Positions 36,123-45,991 of a DNA stretch of 64,000 nucleotides are shown here, in pieces. Under the pieces are notes generated by a model that was not told the DNA's origin, made no database searches, and saw nothing but the letters and a program-made list of their open reading frames with translations. Numbering within the stretch: the first letter of the stretch is position 1; each line of letters begins with the position of its first letter. Source of the DNA: a virus; IMG/VR virus record IMGVR_UViG_3300045988_151707, positions 46,036 to 110,035 of that record. The stretch is one strand, 5' to 3'. Made by a program: the position numbers and the translations under genes.

Positions 36123-36746
36123 CTAAATTACTCCCTTTTCTTTTAGTTTTTTGTTCACTTCTTCATACACAGAGTAAAACATATATTTTTTCCCTCCGCA
36201 CCTGGTACCTCTTCTTAAAGAAGCAAATAACGCTGACAGTCCAACTCCGTTCTTTCTCGCACATTCAGCTACCGAATAATACACTTCTCCTGTTTCTAAT
36301 GCAATTACTTTTTTGCAGATTCCAGGAGGTGATTTGCGGTGTGGGCCAAAATTACTATCAGGGTTGTTTATAAGCCTTAAACAGTTTTCTCTCGAAAGCT
36401 GTCTTCGTCTTTCCTGACGTTCTTTTGACCATTTATGGAAACCATTGTTTAATTTATGTCCCTTACGGAAATGGCCTGTTCCTATTTCATGGTTAGGATC
36501 AGGAGTAAACTTCAGTTCATCCATTCTCTGCTCCTCATATATTTTCCTGAAGTCTTCTTCATAATACCATCTGAATCCTTTACATGCAGTTCCTCTCCGA
36601 CAACTGAAACTAATGGAATGCCGACTTACACCGGATTTTATTGCTGCGTCTCTGATAAAGTCAAAATATCCGGCAACTGTACCGTCTGGATTTACCGCAA
36701 CTACCGGGTGATTGCTTCCTATTTTATATTGACTGTTCGATGGCAT
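36123..36746 (-). CDS. NUMOD-type DNA-binding protein (homing-endonuclease-associated modules, no nuclease motif seen)
   Basis: ..VVAVNPDGTVAGYFDFIRDAAIKSGVSRHSIS.. and ..VIALETGEVYYSVAECARKNGVGLSAL.. are NUMOD1-like. ..GHKLNNGFHKWSKERQ.. is NUMOD3-like. Confidence 0.5.
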   Translation of the reverse strand: MPSNSQYKIGSNHPVVAVNPDGTVAGYFDFIRDAAIKSGVSRHSISFSCRRGTACKGFRWYYEEDFRKIYEEQRMDELKFTPDPNHEIGTGHFRKGHKLNNGFHKWSKERQERRRQLSRENCLRLINNPDSNFGPHRKSPPGICKKVIALETGEVYYSVAECARKNGVGLSALFASLRRGTRCGGKKYMFYSVYEEVNKKLKEKGVI

Positions 36747-36838
36747 ATTTTTGTCATAATGTTTAATTTGACAAATTTGTCAAATTAAACATAATTCAGT
36801 TTATATCAAATCTGTAAACATGAATACCAATATGCGTA

Positions 36839-37795
36839 TCATTCCTTGTCACTGATTAATGCGTTTCCGCAGGTGATTCTATCGGAGTCTTCTTCTTTTG
36901 ACGGGACAAATACGATGACATCCCATCCTTCTTCAAGTAACGGCTGCTCGAACTTGCGGTACACATTGTAATCGGAATATCCGGTTACTTCAAAACCGTT
37001 TTCTATGGCCGAGCTGGTTTCATGAATCGGCGTAATTTTTACGATAAACTTCTTTTTGTCAAACAGCGCAGAAAGTTCCTTCGCATCAAGAATGGTCTGT
37101 GCCGTAACAGGGAAATTCAGGGTGTATTTCCTTCCTTTCGGCATAGGAAGTTCTTTGGCCAATGCGGAAATTTCCTGAAGCGAAAGGCTCTTTCCGTCAA
37201 ACAATTCGTTTCGCTGTGCTTCGTCGGTAGAATTGATGGAAAACTGCAGTCCGGCTTCTCCGTGGTAGAACTCGTTCTTGATGTCGCACCAGGTAAGAAT
37301 AAAATCTTTCAGCCGTTTGTTGGCTCTTGGCAGCATGGTCGATACAACCGGATGAACGGTGTCTGCCATTAGTCCGCATCTCTTTACGAGACTTTTCAGC
37401 TGCAGAGTAAAGGAAGGCACGTTTTCATTCCAGGTAGGCTCTCCCATCCGGGCGAAATGTACGTTGAATCTTTCTGTGTGGAATACATATTCATTTTCAA
37501 TGATGGTTCTAATCTGATAGGCCAGTTCTTCCAGCGAAGCGTTACCATGGAATCCGAAACGGGGTACGTCGCAGAACTTACATTTCATCGGGCATCCTTT
37601 CTGCGTAGAGATGGTTGCCACCCATTTCTTGCTCAAGTCAACTTCTGTGTTGGCCACACCGTTTATTTCTTTGGTCAGGCCCAAGAAATCGGCCTTGATA
37701 TTGTTTTCTTTTCCGTAGTCTCCCACGGTAAGAAATTCCAGCTTCTTTTCTGTATCAACATAAATCTTTCCTGTGTGTGTCTTGATTGTTTTCAT
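36839..37795 (-). CDS. radical SAM enzyme, RlmN/Cfr-like
   Basis: ..ISTQKGCPMKCKFCDVPRFGFHGNASLEELAYQI.. (CxxxCxxC), ..FARMGEPTWN.., and a C-terminal ..ITCGNAL that parallels the RlmN/Cfr ..ACGQL. Confidence 0.65.
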   Translation of the reverse strand: MKTIKTHTGKIYVDTEKKLEFLTVGDYGKENNIKADFLGLTKEINGVANTEVDLSKKWVATISTQKGCPMKCKFCDVPRFGFHGNASLEELAYQIRTIIENEYVFHTERFNVHFARMGEPTWNENVPSFTLQLKSLVKRCGLMADTVHPVVSTMLPRANKRLKDFILTWCDIKNEFYHGEAGLQFSINSTDEAQRNELFDGKSLSLQEISALAKELPMPKGRKYTLNFPVTAQTILDAKELSALFDKKKFIVKITPIHETSSAIENGFEVTGYSDYNVYRKFEQPLLEEGWDVIVFVPSKEEDSDRITCGNALISDKE

Positions 37796-37843
37796 TTTTC
37801 TTCTTTTTGGGGTTTTGGTTTGGTTTATTTGTAAAATTTGAAA

Positions 37844-39559
37844 TCAAAAAATAGATAATTGCGCATCTTCGCACGAATTATCGACAAACATTTTCTTGAA
37901 GATGTAATAAAGAACATCCACCACAATGCTGTTGCCGGCCATTTTGTATTGCTGCGTCTTGCTGATTCCTGACTTCTGAATATTATCAATATCTTTTTCG
38001 GAAACCCCCATAAGGCGGAAGCATTCGCGAGGTGTGAGTTTACGGATTCGGTAATTTGCAAAGTATTCAATTATTTTAGGTTGTAAATTACCTCCTGACA
38101 TGGTGTTAATATTTGGACTTATACCTATCGGGTTGTACACTCTACCTCTTTGAGGGTTCTTAAAACCTTTCTCATCAGCCAAATTACCTACTTGAATAAT
38201 TTTAGATTCTACTACGAAATTATTATCCTGCCATCGGCTTGACGTTATAGCCGAACAATTATCTAATATTGCACCTTTATTAAATCCGCGCGGAGATTGA
38301 AAGATTTTTGCTTCTATTCCCTCATAAAGACATGGAGGCTCTCCGCCTGCTGTCAACGTAGGAGAAACTTTGCCGTTATCTTGTACCCTACCTCTTCTCG
38401 TTAAGCTTTCAGGATAAGAAGCATCGAATACCCCACCTGGCGGGATTTCTATATATCCTTTTTTAGTTGCTTGTTTTATAATTAGTGCTTGATTTATAGG
38501 TTCTGAAATAAAACTTAAACAAGAAGAATCCACAGTCGTCTTAATTGTTCCACATATATCAGATACTGTTTGATTATAAGCATCAAGAAATTGAACTTCA
38601 TGACCACTGATTTTTCCACTATCAACCAATGATTGTACTCTTTTATTCCCATATTTTTTTTCTTTTGAGCTAAAACCTGTTGGCACTGATTCCAAAATTC
38701 TTGGACCTTCACCTTTGTTTGTTGTCAAAGTAGGGCACAAGCCGTTTGAATCGAACACGTTTCCATTCATTCCGTGACCTGAAGGGTTTGTGTTTCCTAC
38801 TACATAAACGTAATTATCGCAATCCCTTGAACCAGCATTAGTCAAAATACTCGATGCAATCACATCACCCATTGTAGGCTCAAACTTAAATCCGTTCCCT
38901 TTAGCCTTGTTCTTCTCGTTTCTTGCAAGAAATGTCTTTACAATCTTCTCGCTCAAATAAAAACTTTCATCCACATCTTTTTCAAGAACATCTTTCAGCC
39001 TTTTCTCCAGAGTGAAAGGTTTCGGAAAATGAAACGAAGCCTCGCCCAATATCGACACCATAAAGACACGTTCCCTGTTTTGCGGTACTCCGAAGTCCTT
39101 TGCATTGAGAACTTTCGTATAATTGCTGTAGCCCTGTCCTTCAAGAAATCTGAGCCATTCTTTCAGGTACGGGGTAAACTTCTTCGATACGAGGTTCTTC
39201 ACGTTCTCCATAAGCAGATACTTCGGACGTTTCGCCTCTATAGCCTTACGGCATTCCCAAAGCAGGCTGCTTCGTGTACCGCTACCCTCTGCAAGCCCTT
39301 TCTGCTGTCCGGCTGTGCTTATATCGGTACAAGGAAATGAGTATGTCAGAAAATCGAAGTCAGGAACACTGCTCCAGTCTATCTTTGATATGTCGCCATA
39401 ATTAGGAGTGTCTCCATGTACGGCCATATATGCCTGAATGGCGTACTTGTCAATTTCACTTATTCCAACAACCTCAAAGTCTATTCCCAGTCTGCTTAAA
39501 GCCATAGACTGCGAACCATATCCTGCAAATGCTTCAAAGACTCGTATTTTATTCTTCAT
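37844..39559 (-). CDS. DNA (cytosine-5) methyltransferase with ~300-aa variable region
   Basis: FEAFAGYGS (motif I), FPCTDIS (motif IV), ENVKNL, QNRERVF, and C-terminal ..RECFRLMG..AGNSIVV. Confidence 0.88.
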   Translation of the reverse strand: MKNKIRVFEAFAGYGSQSMALSRLGIDFEVVGISEIDKYAIQAYMAVHGDTPNYGDISKIDWSSVPDFDFLTYSFPCTDISTAGQQKGLAEGSGTRSSLLWECRKAIEAKRPKYLLMENVKNLVSKKFTPYLKEWLRFLEGQGYSNYTKVLNAKDFGVPQNRERVFMVSILGEASFHFPKPFTLEKRLKDVLEKDVDESFYLSEKIVKTFLARNEKNKAKGNGFKFEPTMGDVIASSILTNAGSRDCDNYVYVVGNTNPSGHGMNGNVFDSNGLCPTLTTNKGEGPRILESVPTGFSSKEKKYGNKRVQSLVDSGKISGHEVQFLDAYNQTVSDICGTIKTTVDSSCLSFISEPINQALIIKQATKKGYIEIPPGGVFDASYPESLTRRGRVQDNGKVSPTLTAGGEPPCLYEGIEAKIFQSPRGFNKGAILDNCSAITSSRWQDNNFVVESKIIQVGNLADEKGFKNPQRGRVYNPIGISPNINTMSGGNLQPKIIEYFANYRIRKLTPRECFRLMGVSEKDIDNIQKSGISKTQQYKMAGNSIVVDVLYYIFKKMFVDNSCEDAQLSIF

Positions 39560-39574
39560 CCTTATTGTGTTTGG

Positions 39575-40291
39575 TTATTTGTATAACTTAAAATGTGAGT
39601 GTGTACCCTTCGGACGCACATTTCGGTTAAACTTTGTATGGTACTTCTTACCGTCATTTCGGGGTACGTGACGGTTCTGACCGACAATACTGAAATAGAA
39701 CGGCACATGGCGTGAGGTGTGGCGGTTTCGGTTGGCTATCTCATGCTGGCTCTCAATCCTATCCCAATTGCTTCCGTTTACATTGCAGGGACTTTGTACT
39801 AGAATGAGTTGTCTGAGATGTTCCACAGCATCTGAGTTCAAAGTCATTTCTCCGCAATTATCCATTCCACGAGAGTAACTTGTTGGGGATTCTTCCACTA
39901 TATTTTTGAGAGGATACATTCTAATTACAGCTTCAGAAGCTGTAAATGCTGCATCTCGCAAAAGCTTTGCAGACTTCCTAAACTCGTTTATTGCATCAAC
40001 AAATCTCTCGTAAAATATTTGCTTATTGATAAGCTCTATAATAGCTTCCTTTATTTTTTCTTCCGGAAGTTTACTGTAAATAGAAATAGTATGAATTGCT
40101 TTCAAAACTTCGGCTTCATCAAGTTCTGGATGTTTCTCTTCCTTATAGGTGAGCATACCTTCCTTATACTTTCCTCCTAATCTTTCACGAAGTTTGTCAA
40201 ATAATTCTTTATCACTGTTCCACATAGGCTCCGATTTTAAGCGATTTCTCCATTTCATCCTGAAGCTTATCAAGTAGGCCACATTCTCCAT
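39575..40291 (-). CDS. hypothetical protein with basic C-terminus
   Basis: 238-aa track ORF. The true start may be the Met at 40225. Confidence 0.5.
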   Translation of the reverse strand: MENVAYLISFRMKWRNRLKSEPMWNSDKELFDKLRERLGGKYKEGMLTYKEEKHPELDEAEVLKAIHTISIYSKLPEEKIKEAIIELINKQIFYERFVDAINEFRKSAKLLRDAAFTASEAVIRMYPLKNIVEESPTSYSRGMDNCGEMTLNSDAVEHLRQLILVQSPCNVNGSNWDRIESQHEIANRNRHTSRHVPFYFSIVGQNRHVPRNDGKKYHTKFNRNVRPKGTHSHFKLYK

Positions 40292-40940
40292 GGCAGAAGA
40301 AACGGAACTCCTTCTGCTGCTTTTCGCAGAAGAATTTCACTTGATCTATCTCTTTGTGATACGGGCAAAGCAGACGAATTTTTTGCAAGGCTACATCTAC
40401 TGCAATCATGGCTCCCATCTTGTATCCCTTCCGGAATGGCTTATGAAGATCCTTTACTTCACGACGGGCCTGTGCGCATTCTGTCTTTGCCTTTACCATG
40501 TGGTGATAGAATTTGTCGGCCAGTCCCAGACCTTCTTCTCTGATTTTTTCTTTGTGCAGTCTTGGAGCTTTCTTGATAACTTCCGGACGCGAGCGGTGCA
40601 TGTAAATCAGACCGGCAAACGATGGTACTTCGTCGGGAGAAATCATTCCTTCCGGCACAGCATAGTAGAAATAGTTCGGTTTGTTAGATGTATCTTCGTC
40701 GGCCATGAAATTAAACTTCTGCAATTTATGCTTCTGGTCGTTATGGAAGTCGGCACGCGAAATCTTGATTTCTATCTCGTACCAGTAACCGGAGTTCGTG
40801 AGGATCAACACATCGCTCTCCCACCCGAACACGTACATGTTGCGCAGAAAGAACTTTGGTGAGCTCATGAAGCTGCGAAGCCCGTCCTGTATGCTTGTTT
40901 CCGTATATTCAAATCTTTCCAGCTTTCCCATATTACCCAC
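40212..40940 (-). CDS. PD-(D/E)xK-like nuclease-fold protein (MmcB-like)
   Basis: ..GWESDVLILTNSGYWYEIEIKISRADF.. fits the D..ExK pattern. Confidence 0.45.
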   Translation of the reverse strand: MGNMGKLERFEYTETSIQDGLRSFMSSPKFFLRNMYVFGWESDVLILTNSGYWYEIEIKISRADFHNDQKHKLQKFNFMADEDTSNKPNYFYYAVPEGMISPDEVPSFAGLIYMHRSRPEVIKKAPRLHKEKIREEGLGLADKFYHHMVKAKTECAQARREVKDLHKPFRKGYKMGAMIAVDVALQKIRLLCPYHKEIDQVKFFCEKQQKEFRFFCHGECGLLDKLQDEMEKSLKIGAYVEQ

Positions 40941-41208
40941 CTATTTCACCTTTCAAGCGCTTAATGGCAAGGTTTCTTGCCTTAATGGTTTCTTCCTGCT
41001 CTCGGACTTTTGTTTTGAGCGATGAAACCCGGCGTTGCAATTTCTCCACCGTGGGCGTGTTATTCCGCTCATAGTTTAGCTCTGCCTGAAGCTTTTCCAC
41101 CTTCTTCTCCAGTTCCGCCGTGCGTGCCTGTTCGCGCCGGTAGTCCCGGCAGAGGTACTTAAAAAGTATCTCTACCGGAATGTCCAGTGCCTTATTCCAC
41201 TTTTCCAT
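40933..41208 (-). CDS. coiled-coil protein
   Basis: 91-aa ORF. Confidence 0.5.
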   Translation of the reverse strand: MEKWNKALDIPVEILFKYLCRDYRREQARTAELEKKVEKLQAELNYERNNTPTVEKLQRRVSSLKTKVREQEETIKARNLAIKRLKGEIGG

Positions 41209-41923
41209 CGTCTTCCTTCTTTTTGATGTACCAGTCGAACTCTTCCAGCGGCTTGTCTACCACAGAAATGTAGTCTCCATCACGTTTCAGAACGCCTTTG
41301 TTGATAAGTTGCCGAATAAGCTTCAGACCGCTTCCGTAACCGTAATGAATATTCAGCACGTTTATCGGGTCAGTATTGATACATTTTTTTCCGCCCTTTT
41401 CTGTGATTCCTAAGTTGTGGCATACACGAGCGGCCGCAGACAATTTCTCATAGTCGTATTCCTCGAACTCAGGCTGTACTTCAGCTTCGGCCTGATACGG
41501 ATATACGTCCATGATGGCGGTCTCTGCGATGGATGCAATGACATAATCGGCCATCGTACCTTTCATTCCTTCGTCCAGCTTCTTCACCGCATCTCGAAGG
41601 TCGGCAGCCTGTACCAGAATGTTGGTGGCTGTCTTCTTTTCTGCACCGCTTTTCTCGTCGATGGTGATAAAGTACAGCTTGCATTTGTACCACTTGTCGG
41701 CAGCTTCCTCGTCGGACGGGAATATCTCGCTGTAGTTGGCCCGCTTGATGTCGATCACTGTGAACTCTCCTGTAATAAACGGCGTGACTTCTTCAATGAG
41801 ACGTGCTTCGGCTTCGGTGAAACTCAGGGCATCTACCAGATAGGGCTCTGTCACTTTCTTGTTCATCCCGTTTTCCGCTACCTTTTCGTAGCGGATTTTT
41901 CCTTCAAACCATGTGTGCATCAT
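41192..41923 (-). CDS. DUF4494-like protein with C-terminal extension
   Basis: MMHTWFEGKIRYEKVAENGMNKKVTEPYLVDALSFTEAEARLIEE..KWYKCKLYFITIDEKSGAEKK.. Confidence 0.55.
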   Translation of the reverse strand: MMHTWFEGKIRYEKVAENGMNKKVTEPYLVDALSFTEAEARLIEEVTPFITGEFTVIDIKRANYSEIFPSDEEAADKWYKCKLYFITIDEKSGAEKKTATNILVQAADLRDAVKKLDEGMKGTMADYVIASIAETAIMDVYPYQAEAEVQPEFEEYDYEKLSAAARVCHNLGITEKGGKKCINTDPINVLNIHYGYGSGLKLIRQLINKGVLKRDGDYISVVDKPLEEFDWYIKKKEDDGKVE

Positions 41924-42150
41924 AATTTGTCCTCCATTATTTTTTCGCGTTGTGCAATCATGGCATCGGCAAAATCATAGGCCATCTTAGCCAACCATTC
42001 CTCGTCGTATGCTATCACTGATTTATATTCCAAACCAAATAATTTTTTAATCTTATTTTTAAAAGTCATGTATTCTGATACATTTTTCTGCATCAATACC
42101 TTCATCGCTTCCATAGCGATGTGGTCTCTACTGATATTACTTTCTGCCAT
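41920..42150 (-). CDS. hypothetical protein
   Basis: 76 aa, 4-nt overlap with its neighbour. Confidence 0.5.
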   Translation of the reverse strand: MAESNISRDHIAMEAMKVLMQKNVSEYMTFKNKIKKLFGLEYKSVIAYDEEWLAKMAYDFADAMIAQREKIMEDKL

Positions 42151-42165
42151 AGTTATTTTATTGAA

Positions 42166-42696
42166 TTAGATAATAATTGTCATTATTGCGTAAGTAGCTA
42201 AATCGAGAAAAGCATTTTCCACTTTTTCTGATTGTGATTCTGCTTCTTCTTTATCCAGCAAAAAATATATTTCTTTAATCTTTGATTTCAGAATTATTCC
42301 AGCTATCGGTGTACCTCGTAGAGCAATCATACGATAAAACTGAACATTAGCCTGATATATTTCTCTTTTACATCTTTCTTCTATCTCTTTTTCTACAATC
42401 ATCTTTTCATGATGATATTTTTTGTAAAAAAACAGCAGGAAGTATATGGAGTGATTGTAAATTTTAATCATAGAGGCACCAATATCACCATCTTCCTCAA
42501 AAGAATTACATTCTTCATAAAGAAACTTCAGGAAGTTTGGCATACCAGGGTGAACTACTTCCTTCGGGAATCTTATTTCATCGGATTCCATCTTTTTTTT
42601 AAAAGATATTTCCCATGAATTATCGGAACATTCCCATACTCCACAAAAAGGATTCTGGTAACTTGTATGACCTTGATAAACAAAACCTTTTCCCAT
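42166..42696 (-). CDS. DUF1599-like (MazG-like all-alpha) domain protein, paralogue 1
   Basis: The C-terminus ..VENAFLDLATYAIMTIII parallels that of the next gene. Confidence 0.4.
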   Translation of the reverse strand: MGKGFVYQGHTSYQNPFCGVWECSDNSWEISFKKKMESDEIRFPKEVVHPGMPNFLKFLYEECNSFEEDGDIGASMIKIYNHSIYFLLFFYKKYHHEKMIVEKEIEERCKREIYQANVQFYRMIALRGTPIAGIILKSKIKEIYFLLDKEEAESQSEKVENAFLDLATYAIMTIII

Positions 42697-42699
42697 ATT

Positions 42700-43770
42700 T
42701 TACTTTTGTTTCCTGATCCAAATAATTGTCATCACGCAGTAGTTGGCCAGGTCCAGATAAGTATCTTCCAGCCTTTCGTCCTTCACCTGCCCTTCACCAT
42801 TATTTTTAATCAGGGAATTTATTCTTCGAATTTTGTCACCGATTCGGATTTTGGCTACCAGGAGTCCGTCTTCGTCCATTGACTTTTCAAAGGCGTTTCC
42901 ATAGTCGGCGTTCTTTTTTCGGTAAGTGTAAAGCTGTTCTTGACTGATTTCGGCCATAGAAAGCGTAACTTCCGCATAGTGTTGATATGCAGCACGGGCT
43001 ATGCTTGTAATATGAAGCAAGCCTTCTATCCGGTCTGAATAGGTAATATCATCCTTGAAACATGGCTTGAACAAATTTCCTATTCTGATATGATAAAGAT
43101 TAGGATCTCCACCTGCCATTTTATCGTAAGGTACCAGCTCGTGCAGCACCTCTTCAAACTTCTCAACCATTTCATCCATAGTTTCTTCTACAGGATTCTC
43201 CGGTTGTTTCTCTCCTTCTTCGTTATCATCAGGTATATTTACCGGTTCAGGCAGTTCTTCCAAAAAATCTTCCGGAACGTCGACTATGTTCCGACCCCAC
43301 TGACCTACCTCATACCAGAATACAGGTTCACCATCTTTACGAATTTGTCTTGTTCCAAGCACTTTGTAGATTGCAACCTGAGCATTTGAGATATGTTTTA
43401 AATCAAATTCCCCCATCTGATACGTCAGGGTCTCATTTGCCAATTTAAGCGAGTCGCAGTCTTTCAGCTTTACTACCTGCCCGACACTGAATTTTGATAC
43501 GTTAATTTTACCTTCCATATATGTTGCTATTTTAGTTCCTGATGGCTGTTCTTTGCTTATGATCTTTCTGAAATCAAGCTGTGGAACTTTAGTTCTATCT
43601 CGGATGTTTAAAATATCCTGTTCTTTTTTCTCAATTAATGGCCAGAAACCTCCGAATAGCTCCATCATATTTCCCGCACCCGATTCCATATCAAGGAAAT
43701 CGCATAGTATACTTTTATTTATTTTAAGCGGATTTATTTGTTTTTTATTCCTTTTTTTCTTCTTTTCCAT
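42700..43770 (-). CDS. DUF1599-like C-terminal domain protein, paralogue 2
   Basis: ..YRKKNADYGNAFEKS..IRIGDKIRRINSLI..ERLEDTYLDLANYCVMTIIWI. Start trimmed to MEKKKK. Confidence 0.45.
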   Translation of the reverse strand: MEKKKKRNKKQINPLKINKSILCDFLDMESGAGNMMELFGGFWPLIEKKEQDILNIRDRTKVPQLDFRKIISKEQPSGTKIATYMEGKINVSKFSVGQVVKLKDCDSLKLANETLTYQMGEFDLKHISNAQVAIYKVLGTRQIRKDGEPVFWYEVGQWGRNIVDVPEDFLEELPEPVNIPDDNEEGEKQPENPVEETMDEMVEKFEEVLHELVPYDKMAGGDPNLYHIRIGNLFKPCFKDDITYSDRIEGLLHITSIARAAYQHYAEVTLSMAEISQEQLYTYRKKNADYGNAFEKSMDEDGLLVAKIRIGDKIRRINSLIKNNGEGQVKDERLEDTYLDLANYCVMTIIWIRKQK

Positions 43771-45460
43771 CTTCTTCTGATTTATCGTTGTTATCGTTAT
43801 ATACTTTCTCCATTTCGCGGAAAAGGCGTTTATAAACCTCCGGGAGTGTGCCTTTCTCTTTTGTCTCACGTAAAGAAGCAAACAGCACGTAACGGGGGTC
43901 TGCACCCAGCATCTTACCCACGTCCATTACCAACGGACCGACGGCTTTCTCTGCATTGGGATAGCGTGCAATGTCGCCCATGGCCTCCAGTTCCAGCAAT
44001 CGGTTGATACCTACACCGGTCATGGACGCAAACTTTTCGCGGGTATAACCGTGCATCTCATACATGGCACGCACGCCCTGACCGAGGTTGAGTTCGTAGC
44101 GGCATCCGTCTTTCAGTGCAAGCTGACTCACTTTGACCGTTTTCAGCATACGGAGTGTACGCGCCATTACGTCGGCATCCGCACGCGCTATGTATTCTGC
44201 CATAGCCTTCTTTGTGCCAAACACGTTGTACAGATAGCGTAGGGTAAGCATACTCAGTGTGCCGTGATTGCGGTAGACTTCCTGACGAAGCTTTCTGAGA
44301 GTAATGGATTCGTTTGTTTCAGGTACTGTGCGGATATGGTCTTCCAGACAGAGGTGACGGAACTTGTCAATCACGCTTTCGCCTTCTGCCTTTGCATCGG
44401 GCAGCATTTCCATGACATCGTACACCTCATATTCTTCCGATTCAGGAAGAGGGAGCGAAGCGATTTCATTCAGCAGCATACGCACGTTGTTCTTAGTTCC
44501 CATGCGTGCCATCAGTGTGCGGTAGTCCTGAAAGCAGAGCCCGTCTCCGGCCATCTTCATGCGCAGACTGGCGATGACGTATTCTATAAACTCTACCTGT
44601 AGCGAAACGATTCCGCTCTCCACCAGTTTCAGCAGGTCGTCTTTCACCAGCTCCATCTGGAACTGTGCAGTCAAGGTGCGCACATCCGTTCCCTCCTTAT
44701 CGGGTATTTCAATGTTTCCCACCATCTCACGCAGCATATCTTTCACCGCAGCCATCATCTTTTCGTTGTGCTGGCTTTTCTGCCGGTTCACCTTCCCTAC
44801 TCCGTTGAGCAGTCCGTCCACCTTCCGGCACATGCAGTCGTAGAACTCGATTCCAGTGGTACACATCATGGCCACCATCTCCATGTTCGATACAAGGTCG
44901 CTCTGGCGCACGTTGCACTTGTCGAGCGCATTCTTGGTCGCAAAATAAATGAGGTTTATTTTTTCTCCGTAGGTCTTCCAGAAGATGTTCTGAAGCTTCT
45001 GTGTCAGTGTGCCGCCCCCCCTAATAAAACTTCCGGACAGCCCGGGGTGGATGGTTTCTGTAAAGGTACGCACCTGCATGGCATCGTGCGCATTGCATCG
45101 CTTCATAAGGTCACTAGACAGATTTACCAGTTCGTTGGCCCTGCGCTTCATGTTGTGGCGCGTCAGTCCGCGTTCCTTCAGGCAGGAAACCACTTCGTAG
45201 ATGTATTTCTGAGTGATATTGGTCATCATGATTTCCACCATGAGCAGGTGGGCGTTCAAAATGTCGGCACTGGCCATTCGCTGCTGTGCAGTGTATCGGT
45301 CAAACCGGTTTCGTGTGACGGGAATCATGGATTTCGGACGGCTGATAGAAGCCGCAAGCCCTGTTTCAGAGCTTTTCCCCTTCATGGGTAAAATGGTGGA
45401 GGGAGCCTGCAAGAAAGGATTGTTTCCCAGATTCCCTGCCGGGTTTGTAAATTCGTTCAT
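43745..45460 (-). CDS. large hypothetical protein with C-terminal HTH-like segment
   Basis: 571 aa, with ..GYTREKFASMTGVGINRLLELE.. Confidence 0.6.
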   Translation of the reverse strand: MNEFTNPAGNLGNNPFLQAPSTILPMKGKSSETGLAASISRPKSMIPVTRNRFDRYTAQQRMASADILNAHLLMVEIMMTNITQKYIYEVVSCLKERGLTRHNMKRRANELVNLSSDLMKRCNAHDAMQVRTFTETIHPGLSGSFIRGGGTLTQKLQNIFWKTYGEKINLIYFATKNALDKCNVRQSDLVSNMEMVAMMCTTGIEFYDCMCRKVDGLLNGVGKVNRQKSQHNEKMMAAVKDMLREMVGNIEIPDKEGTDVRTLTAQFQMELVKDDLLKLVESGIVSLQVEFIEYVIASLRMKMAGDGLCFQDYRTLMARMGTKNNVRMLLNEIASLPLPESEEYEVYDVMEMLPDAKAEGESVIDKFRHLCLEDHIRTVPETNESITLRKLRQEVYRNHGTLSMLTLRYLYNVFGTKKAMAEYIARADADVMARTLRMLKTVKVSQLALKDGCRYELNLGQGVRAMYEMHGYTREKFASMTGVGINRLLELEAMGDIARYPNAEKAVGPLVMDVGKMLGADPRYVLFASLRETKEKGTLPEVYKRLFREMEKVYNDNNDKSEEDGKEEKKE

Positions 45461-45486
45461 ATCGCTAAATGATTAATCTGTTCGTA

Positions 45487-45981
45487 TTAAAAAGGAAGAT
45501 CATCCTTTTCGTCAGTCATATTAAGCGTTCCCTGCGTAGGCTGCTGTGGGGCCGCTTGTGCCGGCTGAGCGGGTGAAGGAACAGAAGCCGGTGCAGGCTG
45601 GCTGCCGAAATCGTCGGGCGAAGTAGGAAGCGGAGCAGACGATGATTCTGCCTTCCGCCCTAGCAGACGAAAATCGCGTGCCCATATTTCGGACACATAG
45701 CGTTTTTCTCCGGTTCCTTCTGCCTCGTAGCTTCGTGTGCGGAACTCTCCTTCCACATACACCTGCGAACCTTTGCGGGCAAGCTGGCTGATTATTTCGG
45801 CCAGATTGTCCCAGGCCACAATGGGAATCCATTCCGTATATTCCTTTGTCTCTCCATTTTCCTTGTTTTTCACTTTACGGCTGCAGGCGATGGAGAAACT
45901 TGCTACCTTATGCCCGCTTTCCAGCACTTTATAATCGGGGTCTTTCCCCAGATTACCGATGAATGTACATTTGTTAATCAT
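45487..45981 (-). CDS. ssb: single-stranded DNA-binding protein
   Basis: OB-fold N-terminus (MINKCTFIGNLGKDPDYK..), P/Q/A-rich linker, acidic tip ..DDLPF. Confidence 0.9.
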   Translation of the reverse strand: MINKCTFIGNLGKDPDYKVLESGHKVASFSIACSRKVKNKENGETKEYTEWIPIVAWDNLAEIISQLARKGSQVYVEGEFRTRSYEAEGTGEKRYVSEIWARDFRLLGRKAESSSAPLPTSPDDFGSQPAPASVPSPAQPAQAAPQQPTQGTLNMTDEKDDLPF

Positions 45982-45991
45982 ATCGTTTCTT

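Noticed and set aside
37825-38070. 81-aa minus-strand ORF
   Set aside because: It is out of frame within the 3' part of the C5-methyltransferase gene.
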